Below are positions 9,752 to 19,202 of a stretch of 64,000 bases of DNA, in pieces. Position numbers and translations under genes: made by a program. This DNA comes from an uncultured Myxococcales bacterium (GTDB taxonomy: Bacteria > Myxococcota_A > Bradymonadia > UBA4248), in the NCBI GenBank assembly GCA_964454015.1, contig CAYVQF010000030.1, forward strand, positions 420 through 64,419, given 5' to 3'. Positions within the stretch are counted from its first letter, which is position 1; every line of letters begins with the position of its first letter. The notes under the pieces were generated by a model. The model saw only the letters and a list, made by a program, of their open reading frames with translations, searched no databases and was not told where the DNA came from.

Positions 9752-11086
9752 ATGGCAAAGGGCAGTGAGGCGGTGGGCGTGGTGAGCGCCCTGGGGGCCA
9801 ACGGCGAGGGGATCGTGGTGGAAGCCAATGGTTTCCAAGTGCATTTGGCGGGCGTGTTGCCGGGGGAGGAGGTGCGCTACCGGGTGACCCAGCGCAGTCA
9901 GCACAGCGCGCAGGGGTGGGGTGAGGTGCGGGCAGTGAGCCAGCGCAGCCCCGCTTTCGTCAAGCCCCCTTGCCACCATGCGGCGCCGCTGCGGGGGCAA
10001 TGCGGCGGCTGTCCGCTGATGCACCTCGACGCGACGGCCCAGGCGGCGTGGAAGGCCGAGCAGGTGGGCCAGGCCCTGCAAGCGCAGGGCTTGGCGCCCG
10101 AGCTGAGCCAGGCCCATGGGGCTCCGCAAGGGCTGGCCTATCGCAACCGCTGCAACTATGTCGTCTGCCGCCGGCCCCAGGGTGGGGTGCGCTTGGGTTC
10201 CTTCGCGCCCCGTTCGCACCAGGTGGCCGATATGGATGGCTGTCTGGTTCTGTTGCCACACTTGGCGGAGGTGGCGCGCAAGCTGCGTTCTCTGCTGGTG
10301 GAGCTGGCCGTACCCGTTGCGCCCGAGGGCGAGGGCCTGCGCTATGTGACCGTGGTGGGCAACCCGGCGGGAGAGTCCTTGATCGAGCTGATCTCTTCGA
10401 GCGCAGCGCCAAGCTGGCTGCCGGCGCTCTCGGATCTCTTGCGCAGCATCTCGGGCGTGGTCGGTGCCAGCCATGGGGTCAACGCCAGTCCAGGGAACAG
10501 CATCCGGGCGGAGGGACCCGTGGCCCTGCTGTGGGGACGCGAACACATCGACCTACCCCTGGGGCGGCTGGTAGCGCCCATCCGGCCGAGCGCCTTCTTC
10601 CAGCTCAACCACGCCGTCGCTGGCGCGATCTACGCCCGGATCGCGGCGCTGCTCCAGCCCATGGGCTGCTTGTGGGACCTCTACTGTGGCGTAGGGAGCA
10701 TTGGCTTGAACGTGGCGCCGCAGGGGCACCTCTTTGGGGCGGAGGCTGCCCCGGAGGCAGTGGCCTTGGCGCAAGCCGCAGCCGCGCGGCTGGGCCAGCC
10801 GGCGACCTTCGTGGCGTGTGATCTGCGCCAAGGTCTGCCGCAGGGCTGGCCGACGCCCGACGCCATCGTCGTCAACCCGCCGCGTCGAGGCGTGGACCCG
10901 GCGCTGCTGGCAGAGCTGGCCGCGGCCAAAGCTGCGCCCATCGTCTACATGAGCTGCAACCCCAGCACCTTTGCCCGGGACGCGCGGGTCTTGGTCGACG
11001 CGGGCTACCGCCTCAGCGCGGTGGAGATCTTCGACATGCTGCCGCAGACGGGGCACGTCGAGGTGTTGGGGCGCCTCGAGGTGTGA
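9752..11086 (+). CDS. rlmD: 23S rRNA (uracil-C5)-methyltransferase, RlmD/TrmA family
   Basis: TRAM-like N-terminus, C...CGGC Fe-S motif, AFFQLN, DLYCGVG, NPPRRG, YMSCNP, DMLPQTGHVE. Confidence 0.9.
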   Translation: MAKGSEAVGVVSALGANGEGIVVEANGFQVHLAGVLPGEEVRYRVTQRSQHSAQGWGEVRAVSQRSPAFVKPPCHHAAPLRGQCGGCPLMHLDATAQAAWKAEQVGQALQAQGLAPELSQAHGAPQGLAYRNRCNYVVCRRPQGGVRLGSFAPRSHQVADMDGCLVLLPHLAEVARKLRSLLVELAVPVAPEGEGLRYVTVVGNPAGESLIELISSSAAPSWLPALSDLLRSISGVVGASHGVNASPGNSIRAEGPVALLWGREHIDLPLGRLVAPIRPSAFFQLNHAVAGAIYARIAALLQPMGCLWDLYCGVGSIGLNVAPQGHLFGAEAAPEAVALAQAAAARLGQPATFVACDLRQGLPQGWPTPDAIVVNPPRRGVDPALLAELAAAKAAPIVYMSCNPSTFARDARVLVDAGYRLSAVEIFDMLPQTGHVEVLGRLEV

Positions 11087-11107
11087 GCCCACGCGCGAAT
11101 GGACGCC

Positions 11108-11806
11108 TCAGGGGACGGGGAGCGAGCACTTCCCCGTTTTATTGTAGCAATGCCCCTTGACGCAGTGGTCGTTGTAGTTTTTGCAGCTCGTGCCGTCGCC
11201 ACAGGTCTCTCGGACGCAGATCTTTTCGGCGTTGCAGACGAAGTTAGACTGCGTACAGTAAGTGTCCGCGCAGGACTGAGGCTGGCAGCGCCCATCGATG
11301 CAGATGTCGCCGTCCAGGGGGCAGGGGGCGTCGACGTCACAGGGGCTCACACACTGGGTTTCATTGGGGTTGCACATGCAGGCTTGGTTGCGGGCGGCGC
11401 AAATTTGTCCGTCAACGCAGGCCTCGTCGTCGTCACAGGCCACGCCGCGGTAGCAGGCGCCGCAGTTCTCATCGCTGGGGGCGTAGCAGATCTTGTTGTC
11501 GGTGCATTCGCTGCTGCTGAGGCAGGCGTTGGCCTCGCAACGCTGGATGCAACTGAAATCGTCGTAATGACTGCACGACCAGGTGCCGGCGGCCGTGCAG
11601 CGACAGGAGAGGTTGACGAAAGAGCAGTGATCGCACCCATAGGTCTGGCTACAAGCCTGACCTGGGGTGCAAGGATCGGAAGCCGATGGGCAATGGTCGA
11701 GGTAAACCGTTTCTTGTTCAACATCTTTGTTTTGATCTTCGTCGTTGTCGCAAGCGGGCAGGAAGAAGAGCACGGCCGCCACCAGAGTGAACTTGAACCA
11801 GCGCAT
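11108..11806 (-). CDS. Cys-rich lipoprotein (paralog 1)
   Basis: MRWFKFTLVAAVLFFLPA-C lipobox; GGAGG RBS; the real start lies inside the 600-aa ORF call. Confidence 0.8.
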   Translation of the reverse strand: MRWFKFTLVAAVLFFLPACDNDEDQNKDVEQETVYLDHCPSASDPCTPGQACSQTYGCDHCSFVNLSCRCTAAGTWSCSHYDDFSCIQRCEANACLSSSECTDNKICYAPSDENCGACYRGVACDDDEACVDGQICAARNQACMCNPNETQCVSPCDVDAPCPLDGDICIDGRCQPQSCADTYCTQSNFVCNAEKICVRETCGDGTSCKNYNDHCVKGHCYNKTGKCSLPVP

Positions 11807-12005
11807 GAGAGCCTCCACAGAGAATAAAAAGGGCGAGATGACCCATGGGTCGATTGTCGGGATTTGGGAGTGGGCAATGCAACGCCGCGCGGATAAAAAT
11901 CCGCAAATGCGGGCGCTCATTGAGCTAGCGTCGAGCAGCGCGCGTCCCGGCGGTGGTGGTGAGACGCAGGTTGCGAGCGAATCCATCCAGCGCTGAGGCG
12001 ATGGT

Positions 12006-12722
12006 TCAAGGCGGAGGCAGGGAGCAAGTTCCCAATTTGTCATAACACAGACCCTTGACACAGTGGTCGTTCCAGTTGCTGCACTTGCCGTTCTCGTCGC
12101 AGGCCTCGCGGACGCAGACCTTGTCGTCATTGCAGACGAAGTTACGCTCGCTGCAGGTGGTGTCGGCGCAGGGCTGGGGTTGGCAGCGCCCGTCGATGCA
12201 GACGTCGCCATCGTAGGGGCAGGGAGCGTCATCGGTGCAGGGGGGGGCGCAGATGGCTGCCCCTGGATCACAGAGACAGGCGGTGTTGCGGGCCACACAG
12301 AGGCTGTCGCCGCTGCAGGCGTCGTCATCGAGGCAGGCGACGCCCATTTGACAGGTGCCACAGGCCATGGCGTTGGGAACCAGGCAAGACTCTCCCGAGG
12401 TGGTGCATTCGCTGTCGTCGGCGCAGGCGTCGCCGCGGCAGCGCTCGAGGCAGCGGAAGTCATCGAAGTAGGAGCATTGCCAAGTACCCTCAGCGGAACA
12501 AGTGCAGTCCATGCTCGTGAAGGAGCAGTGGCTGCAGCGATAGGTTTCGTAACACAGGGTCCCCGCGGTGCAGCTCCCGCCGGCTCCGCCGGGGCAATGG
12601 TCGAGGAAGACCAGCTCGGCGTCTTCGCCGTCGGGATCCTCCTTGGTCGGCGAATCTTCATCATCGCAGCCCGGTGAAAGTAGTAGGATCGCGGCGAGGA
12701 GAACCACCCAGTACGTGCGCAT
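12006..12722 (-). CDS. Cys-rich lipoprotein (paralog 2)
   Basis: MRTYWVVLLAAILLLSPG-C; Cys pattern is colinear with 11108-11806 (LDHCP...DDFxC...NDHCVKG...CSLPxP). Confidence 0.8.
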   Translation of the reverse strand: MRTYWVVLLAAILLLSPGCDDEDSPTKEDPDGEDAELVFLDHCPGGAGGSCTAGTLCYETYRCSHCSFTSMDCTCSAEGTWQCSYFDDFRCLERCRGDACADDSECTTSGESCLVPNAMACGTCQMGVACLDDDACSGDSLCVARNTACLCDPGAAICAPPCTDDAPCPYDGDVCIDGRCQPQPCADTTCSERNFVCNDDKVCVREACDENGKCSNWNDHCVKGLCYDKLGTCSLPPP

Positions 12723-12942
12723 AGCTGCCTCCAAGGTCGGTGAACGAGGGGCAATGTGACCCGTCTCTCCACTATCCTTTTCGCGTCATCCGAAGGCAAA
12801 CGTCCACCTCCCTGTAGGCAGAATCCAGGGTGCTCTCCTCTTGACCCCGCGACGCTGATGCTGGAGATATCGAGCGGTGGTCGGAGGGCGATGGGCGCCT
12901 CTCCCCGCAAGGTGTCTCTGCGAGCGAGCCATGAGGTGAACC

Positions 12943-13440
12943 ATGAGGAAGGAGAGGGGAGTGAAGGGGCCCGTCAGGGTTGGGTCTTGGTGGCGGGCGG
13001 CGTTGGGCCTTGCCGGGTTGGCGCTCGTGGGCTGCGCGACGGCCCCCGCCGAAGTGGCGGGAGATGCGACACCTGTCGCCGACGGCGCGGTGGCTGAAGG
13101 GCTGCCGACGGCGCAGGAGGTCTTTCTCCATGCCAGCTTCGTCGAGGTGAGTGGTGACGTGGAAGAGAGCGCCGTGGTGAAGCTCACGGTGCGTTTCACC
13201 AACCAGGCGGCCTTTCCCATGCGGGTGCGCCTCTACCGTCTCTCCTGGCCCGGTGGTGAGATGACCATCGAGCCGGAGGATCTGGTGGTGGGGGAGGCCA
13301 ACCACCGGGATCGGATCTCGAGCTTGAACCCCAACCGGCAAGGGGTCGCGTTTTGGTGGGCCGTGTTGCAGGGCGAAGTGGAGGAGAGCTGGCGGGACGG
13401 CGTCCAGGTCGAGATCCTGGAGAGCGAGAAGGTTTTCTAG
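12943..13440 (+). CDS. Hypothetical lipoprotein
   Basis: LALVG-C lipobox, beta-rich mature part; start uncertain. Confidence 0.6.
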   Translation: MRKERGVKGPVRVGSWWRAALGLAGLALVGCATAPAEVAGDATPVADGAVAEGLPTAQEVFLHASFVEVSGDVEESAVVKLTVRFTNQAAFPMRVRLYRLSWPGGEMTIEPEDLVVGEANHRDRISSLNPNRQGVAFWWAVLQGEVEESWRDGVQVEILESEKVF

Positions 13441-13652
13441 GCAGCGCGCGCCCGGCGGAGGTGGATCCCAAGACCTCATAGGCGTCTGTCCCCTGCTCAG
13501 GGTGGGGCCGGGCCATGCGCTGGCGATGGGGAGGGGCCGGGCGGTCGATTTCGTAGGCCTGCGCTTGACCCCGGGGCCGCGATCGCGCAGAACACCTGTG
13601 CGGCGTGCAGGTGCTGCCGCCAGTAGGCCAGGCCGCTTGGGGAGGCAGGTGA

Positions 13653-15431
13653 ATGGAGAAGCATCCACACTATGGACCGTATGAGCTGATCGAGATGATC
13701 GGCGTGGGTGGCATGGGTGAAGTGTGGCGAGGACGGCATCAGAGCCTGGGGCGCGAGGGGGCGATCAAGCTGGTGCGGCGCGAGGCCCTCGGACCGTCGG
13801 CCGAAGGGGTGCTCAAGCGCTTTCGCAAGGAGGCCCAAGTGACGGCAGGCTTGTCCTCGCCGCATACGGTGGATCTCTTTGATTTTGGTGAAAGCGAGGA
13901 CGGCACGCTCTTTTACGCGATGGAGCTGCTCAACGGGATTGACGCGCAGAACCTGGTTGAGCGCTTCGGTCCGCAGCCCGAAGGCCGGGTCGTCCACCTG
14001 TTGTTGCAGGTCTGTGAGTCCCTGGGTGAAGCGCACCAGCAGGGGGTGATACACCGGGACATCAAGCCGGCCAATATCTTTCTGTGTAAGGTGGGTTTGC
14101 AGGTCGATTTCGTCAAAGTGCTCGACTTTGGCCTGGTGAAGAGCTTGGCGCCCTCGCCGGAAGAGACGATGCTGACGGCGATGAACGCCACGGCGGGGAC
14201 GCCAGCTTTCATGGCGCCGGAGATCGCCTCGGGGCGGGCCGAGGTGGACGCCCGAGCCGATATCTACTGTTTGGCCTGTGTCGCCTATTGGCTGCTGACG
14301 GGACAGCAGCTCTTCCCCAAGGAGAGCCCGATCCAGAGCTTGCTGGCCCACATCCAAGAGGAGCCGCCAGCGCCATCGCTGGTGCGGCCGGAGGAGATCA
14401 GCGCGGAGATGGACCACTTGCTGTTGCGGTGCCTCGCCAAGGAGCCAGCGCAGCGTCCGGCCAACACGGAGGAGGTCGCGGAAGCGCTGCGAGCGCTGGC
14501 GGAGCGCGCGCCCTGGGAGCCGGCGCGGGCGAGGGAGTGGTGGGCAGCCCATCTGCCAGAGCAGCTCAACGGCAAGAAAGGGCCGGCCTTGGTGCGCAGC
14601 ACGACGACCGACGAGACCCTGCCTGGCGACGTGGGCCAGGGAGTCCCGCTGACCCAAGCCAACCCCATCGCAGCGGCCAGTCCGGGCAAAGGAACGCCGC
14701 CAACGGAGGCAGCCGATCCCGCCCCAGCGGCTCAGGCGGCGCCAGAGATGTTGCCCCTGAAGAGAGGACATGACTCGGCCTTGTCGAATCAGCGCTTGGC
14801 GGCGATCAGGCAACTGCGCAATCACTTCGCCTATTCGACCATCGATGTCTATGAGCTGGAGCGGCGCCTGGAGATGGTGCAAGCCGCTACCGATGGGGCC
14901 GAGCTCGAGCCGGCGGTGGCCGACCTGCCAGCCCTGGACTCCAACGGCAAGGTGCCCATCGTCCGGCCGGCTGCGGCCGTGGGAGCGCAGCCGCAGCAGC
15001 CGCAGCAGCCGCACGCCCTGGCGCCCGTGGCTCAGGGGAATGCTGGAGCGTTGGCGGCCAATACTTGGGACTCCAGCACCATTGCGGCCTTTCTCACCAA
15101 AGAGACGCGCCAAGGTGCGTGGAAGGTGACCCGGGAGATCACCATTTTTGCCCTCTTGGGGGGGGCGGAGCTCGACTTCACCCAGGTCGAGATCCCTTAC
15201 CCGGCGGTGGAGGTGAACCTCTCGTGCTTCATGGGTGGGGTGAAGATCATCGTCCCCGAAGGGCTCTATGTCGAGAGCAACGCCATCGCCGTCGCTGGCA
15301 GCATCGACATCCCCGCGGCGGCGGTGCCGCCCATTCGCGACATGCGTCGCATCCACCTGACGGGGATGCTCTTTTTGGGGGGCGTCGATGTCATCGTGCG
15401 GCCGCGTCCTCGAGCGCTGCCCCGGCCGTGA
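13653..15431 (+). CDS. Ser/Thr protein kinase with C-terminal DUF1707 (SHOCT-like) and LiaF/DUF2154-like domains
   Basis: GVGGMGEV, AIK, HRDIKPAN, DFG, GTPAFMAPE; later ELERRLE...ADLP, then GAWKV...GGAELDF...MGGVKIIVP. Confidence 0.85.
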   Translation: MEKHPHYGPYELIEMIGVGGMGEVWRGRHQSLGREGAIKLVRREALGPSAEGVLKRFRKEAQVTAGLSSPHTVDLFDFGESEDGTLFYAMELLNGIDAQNLVERFGPQPEGRVVHLLLQVCESLGEAHQQGVIHRDIKPANIFLCKVGLQVDFVKVLDFGLVKSLAPSPEETMLTAMNATAGTPAFMAPEIASGRAEVDARADIYCLACVAYWLLTGQQLFPKESPIQSLLAHIQEEPPAPSLVRPEEISAEMDHLLLRCLAKEPAQRPANTEEVAEALRALAERAPWEPARAREWWAAHLPEQLNGKKGPALVRSTTTDETLPGDVGQGVPLTQANPIAAASPGKGTPPTEAADPAPAAQAAPEMLPLKRGHDSALSNQRLAAIRQLRNHFAYSTIDVYELERRLEMVQAATDGAELEPAVADLPALDSNGKVPIVRPAAAVGAQPQQPQQPHALAPVAQGNAGALAANTWDSSTIAAFLTKETRQGAWKVTREITIFALLGGAELDFTQVEIPYPAVEVNLSCFMGGVKIIVPEGLYVESNAIAVAGSIDIPAAAVPPIRDMRRIHLTGMLFLGGVDVIVRPRPRALPRP

Positions 15432-15459
15432 GCCGCCTGTCGCGGCCGTTGACGCGCGC

Positions 15460-15951
15460 TTAGTCGGTGGTCTCGGCGCGCCGGTTCTTGCGGCGGTATT
15501 GGTTGATCAACTCGCCGATCTCTTGCGGTTTGGGAATCCCCGACGCCTGGATCTCGATGTTCGACTGGGCCGCCGAGGAGATCCCAATGCTGCCGACGTT
15601 GAAAATGCGCTGGAAGAAGCTCTGGGAGATGTTCACATTGCGCACGTCGGCATGGTAGACCTCGGTGGTCTGCTTGGAGAGGATGCCCGTGCGCAGGACG
15701 ATGCGCTCGTCCGTCAGGGTGAGCCTGGTGCCTTTGACCTGAACCCACCAGAAGAAGAGGATGAGGGCGCCGAGGGCGGTCAGTCCGTAGAAGATGTAGG
15801 ACAGGATCTCACCGGCCGACAAGACGAACTTGGCTACGATGGGGCCCACGATGAGGATCAGGCAGCCGATGTAGTAGAAGGGGTGGTTGCGGAACATGGC
15901 CGGGTTGCGCGCGAGGAGGAGCTTTTCATCATGGGTCTTATCGTCTGACAT
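15460..15951 (-). CDS. Membrane protein with bacterial PH domain (bPH_2/DUF304)
   Basis: Two TM segments, then LTDERIVLRTGILS...QSFFQRIFNVGSI. Confidence 0.8.
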   Translation of the reverse strand: MSDDKTHDEKLLLARNPAMFRNHPFYYIGCLILIVGPIVAKFVLSAGEILSYIFYGLTALGALILFFWWVQVKGTRLTLTDERIVLRTGILSKQTTEVYHADVRNVNISQSFFQRIFNVGSIGISSAAQSNIEIQASGIPKPQEIGELINQYRRKNRRAETTD

Positions 15952-16055
15952 GAGCTTTCCCTGAGGCATGAGACCAGTCGACTGCATCTGATGTGCGGGG
16001 AGCAGCGACCGGGCTGAGTGGGTCCAGCGGTGGACTCGCGACGAGCGGTAATCTT

Positions 16056-16982
16056 TCACCTTTCAAGAGGAGATGCAAGCTCCTGCGGCGCTTCTCCCGT
16101 GTCATCGAAGCGCCCCGTGCGCAGAAACACGGACATGAGCTGGTCCTTCTCGACGAAGCGCGCATGTAGCCATTCTGCCAGCGCTTCGGCGTCACGGGGC
16201 AAGGAGGCGATGGGGTAGCGGCGCACATGGAGATGGGCCCGGCGGGCGAAACCCTTGATGTACTGCCACAGGGTGGGCACACCAGCGGCGTAGCCGATGC
16301 TGACGTCGTAGACGGCATCGACGCAGTCGCCCAAGCCCGCGACGGAGGCCACGAAACCTTTGGTACGCGGCAGGAGGAGATGCTGCAGAGGCTGGCGCCC
16401 CTGGCGCTGAGCGTAGGCTTGACTGGCGGCGAGCTTGGCCGTGGTGAGCCGGGTCCCCTCGACGAAGGCAATGAACCACACGGGGATGGCGTCCTGGACG
16501 ATGCGGGCGAAGGTCGCTTTGATGCGCGCCTCATCGGCGCTCCAGTTGCGATCGACGAAGAAGGAGTCGAGAAAATAGAGGCCCCAGCCGACCCCAGGCA
16601 CGTACTTGACGGACGACTTCAGCATCCACTTGAGATCGCCGAGACGCCGATGATCCCTGGCGAGAAAAAAGAGAAAGGGGACATCGGTCATTTGCTGGTG
16701 GTTGGCGATGAGGATCACCCGCTCGCCCGGGGGCAAGTCATCACCGCTGAGCACCACATCGGCACCGTAGAGCCACTCCCCCAGGGAGACGCAGAAACTC
16801 CAGAAGAGGTCGGCGGCCCAGCGGTTGACGCGGCGTACCGCTTGGCGCGAGATGGGTAGCAGCAACACGGTGAGACACTGGAGGACGTTGAAGAGCAACA
16901 GGGTGCCAAAGAGCACGAGCACACAAAAGAGCCCCGTCACAAGGCCGCGCAGACGCGCCCACGGGGAGAGTGGATTCGACAT
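16056..16982 (-). CDS. Lysophospholipid acyltransferase (PlsC/YihG-like)
   Basis: NHQQMTD, FVEGTR, LLPRTKGF; start uncertain (up to 17033). Confidence 0.88.
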   Translation of the reverse strand: MSNPLSPWARLRGLVTGLFCVLVLFGTLLLFNVLQCLTVLLLPISRQAVRRVNRWAADLFWSFCVSLGEWLYGADVVLSGDDLPPGERVILIANHQQMTDVPFLFFLARDHRRLGDLKWMLKSSVKYVPGVGWGLYFLDSFFVDRNWSADEARIKATFARIVQDAIPVWFIAFVEGTRLTTAKLAASQAYAQRQGRQPLQHLLLPRTKGFVASVAGLGDCVDAVYDVSIGYAAGVPTLWQYIKGFARRAHLHVRRYPIASLPRDAEALAEWLHARFVEKDQLMSVFLRTGRFDDTGEAPQELASPLER

Positions 16983-17223
16983 GGCTTGGCTGGGCATCGC
17001 GGGCATCCTCCCGAAAAAGTGCGTGGCACCCAAGGCCGCGGGAAGCTAGCACAATGGCCCAAACGGCGCGAGCCTGCGCGGCCCGAAGCGCCGCCCTCAG
17101 ATGACGCGGGAGGAGAGCATACAAGTGTTCGACGGCGCCGCCTTTGCAGGCGGCCACAGGGGGTGTACATAGCCCACAACGCAGTGCCGTACTGGTGCAG
17201 CGTCGCAACCCAAGCGGTGACCC

Positions 17224-17982
17224 ATGCACATCCAGTCGATCCCCTACGGCCGCGACAACTACGGCTACCTCATCACCCTCCCCGATGGCGACCGCGCCAT
17301 CGTCGATCCGGGCGACGCTAGGCCGTTCTTGACCGCCCTGGGAGAAGAGCGCGAGCGGTTGCGCCTCATTTTGTGTACCCACTACCACCCGGATCACGTC
17401 GCGGGCTTGCCCGAGCTGCGCCAGGCCTGTCCCGCGGCCAAGGTCCTGGCCGGCGCCGGTGACGCCGAAAGGATCGACGGGGTGGATGAGAGCCTGACGG
17501 ACTTGGCCATGATCCCCTTTGGCACGCGCCATTTCTGCGCCTATGCCACCCCGTGCCACACGCGTGGGCACATGATCTATGGGCTTGATGACGACCTCTT
17601 CACGGGCGACACCCTCTTCGCCGCGGGTTGCGGCCGCTTCTTCGAAGGTGGGCCAGAAGAGATGCACGCGGCCCTGAACGAGAGAATCGCCCAATTGCCG
17701 CCAGCCACGCGCGTCTATGCCGGCCACGAGTACACCCTGGCCAACCTGGCCTTCGCCCAGGAGGTCGAGCCCACGAACGACGCCATCCGAGAAGCCTTCA
17801 AAGACGCGGCACGCAAGCGCGATGCCGGCGCGCCTACCTTGCCAACGAGCATCGCCCAAGAACTCGCCATCAATCCCTTCATGCGGCTCCATGTTCCGGC
17901 GGTGCAAGCCTTCTGCCAGAGCCAAGAGGCGGTGATGGTCATGGGCCGCTTGCGCGCGGCCAAGAACACTTTCCGCGCTTGA
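17224..17982 (+). CDS. gloB: Hydroxyacylglutathione hydrolase (glyoxalase II)
   Basis: DNYGYL, THYHPDH, TPCHTRGH, FTGDTLFAAGCGRFFEG, GHEYT, NPFMR. Confidence 0.93.
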   Translation: MHIQSIPYGRDNYGYLITLPDGDRAIVDPGDARPFLTALGEERERLRLILCTHYHPDHVAGLPELRQACPAAKVLAGAGDAERIDGVDESLTDLAMIPFGTRHFCAYATPCHTRGHMIYGLDDDLFTGDTLFAAGCGRFFEGGPEEMHAALNERIAQLPPATRVYAGHEYTLANLAFAQEVEPTNDAIREAFKDAARKRDAGAPTLPTSIAQELAINPFMRLHVPAVQAFCQSQEAVMVMGRLRAAKNTFRA

Positions 17983-18161
17983 CCCAGGGCCATTCCATGG
18001 CCATTGGATAGGTTACATCGAGAATACGACACTTGCGGGGGTACCATTGCGCGGGTAGGTGCTGAGCCTACATTGTCCCCTCAGCGAGGCGATAGGTCGC
18101 GTTGGGTTGATGGGTTCATCACAGATTCATACCGCGCAAGCGCGCGCGCAAGGAGGTTCTC

Positions 18162-19115
18162 ATGTCTAGGTCTTCCCGCTTTTTCATTTTGCTCGCATTG
18201 GGAGTGAGTGTGGGTCTTTGGGCCTGTGCCGAAGATGTGACGGATCCCGTGGTCGATCAGAGGAGCGCAGCCCTGACGGCCGGAATCGAGGTTGGTTGCG
18301 TTGATTTTTCGGCGAAGATTTTTGCCGGCCAGCACATCGACGTGGGTACCTATGTCGTGTCGAGTGACGGCGAGAGCCTTCAGGTCAGCATCGACCTTCA
18401 GGACGAGTGGTTGGTGCAGCTCATCCACCTGCACGCGAGTGTTGATCCGGTCCCCCTGAACCCACAGGGCACTCCGGTACCGGGCGCTTTTGCGCATCAT
18501 TTCCCGCTGGATCCGGCGGTTGATAGTGTCTCCGTCTCCGTGCCTCTCGATCGATTGGGTTTGCAATGCGGCGAGACTTTCCATTTCGCGCTGCATCTGG
18601 AGGTCATTCGTTACGGCGACATTGGGCTGGAAGAAGAGACGGCCTGGGGCTTTGGCGACGGCATCTTTGATTCGCGTCGTTGGGGCTGGTACAGCGTTTT
18701 CACCTTGTGCTGTCCACCGCCGGTGGATGAGGGCTGCACCTTGACCCAAGGTTACTGGCGGACCCATCACCGCCACGCGAGGGTCGATGCTCTGCGCATT
18801 GCGTGGCCCATTGACGAGGACACCCTGCTGTGCGGGCAGACCTACCTCGAGATCCTGCACAGGGCGCCGCGTGGCTCCGCCTTTTACATCTTGGGGCAGC
18901 AGGCCATCGCGGCCCAGCTCAATTTGGCGTCCGGGGCGAGCGCCGACGACGAGATCCTCTATGCCGTGAAGGAGGCCTTCGTGTTGTTGGAGAGATGTGT
19001 ACTGAGCCGCGAGGAGGCGCGGCGCGCCATTGCCCTGTCGTCGCTGCTCGACGCCTACAACAATGGCGACATCGGCCCGGGCCACTGCGACAGTGATGAT
19101 GACGAAGTGGACTGA
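18162..19115 (+). CDS. Exported/lipoprotein, hypothetical
   Basis: Signal peptide with LWA-C; IFAGQHIDVG and ETAWG domain followed by a GCTLTQGYWRTH domain. Confidence 0.7.
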   Translation: MSRSSRFFILLALGVSVGLWACAEDVTDPVVDQRSAALTAGIEVGCVDFSAKIFAGQHIDVGTYVVSSDGESLQVSIDLQDEWLVQLIHLHASVDPVPLNPQGTPVPGAFAHHFPLDPAVDSVSVSVPLDRLGLQCGETFHFALHLEVIRYGDIGLEEETAWGFGDGIFDSRRWGWYSVFTLCCPPPVDEGCTLTQGYWRTHHRHARVDALRIAWPIDEDTLLCGQTYLEILHRAPRGSAFYILGQQAIAAQLNLASGASADDEILYAVKEAFVLLERCVLSREEARRAIALSSLLDAYNNGDIGPGHCDSDDDEVD

Positions 19116-19202
19116 GGCGCGTGGATGACGACCCTTGGTGATCTTCGGCGGCTTGAGCTAGAGTAGCTCTCACGCAGGTGTGCTGCGACGAGGGAGGTGA
19201 CC

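Noticed and set aside
11099-12910. Plus-strand hydrophobic ORFs (11099-11827, 12063-12677) and the 600-aa minus-strand ORF
   Set aside because: Antisense shadows and an off-frame extension of the two Cys-rich lipoprotein genes.
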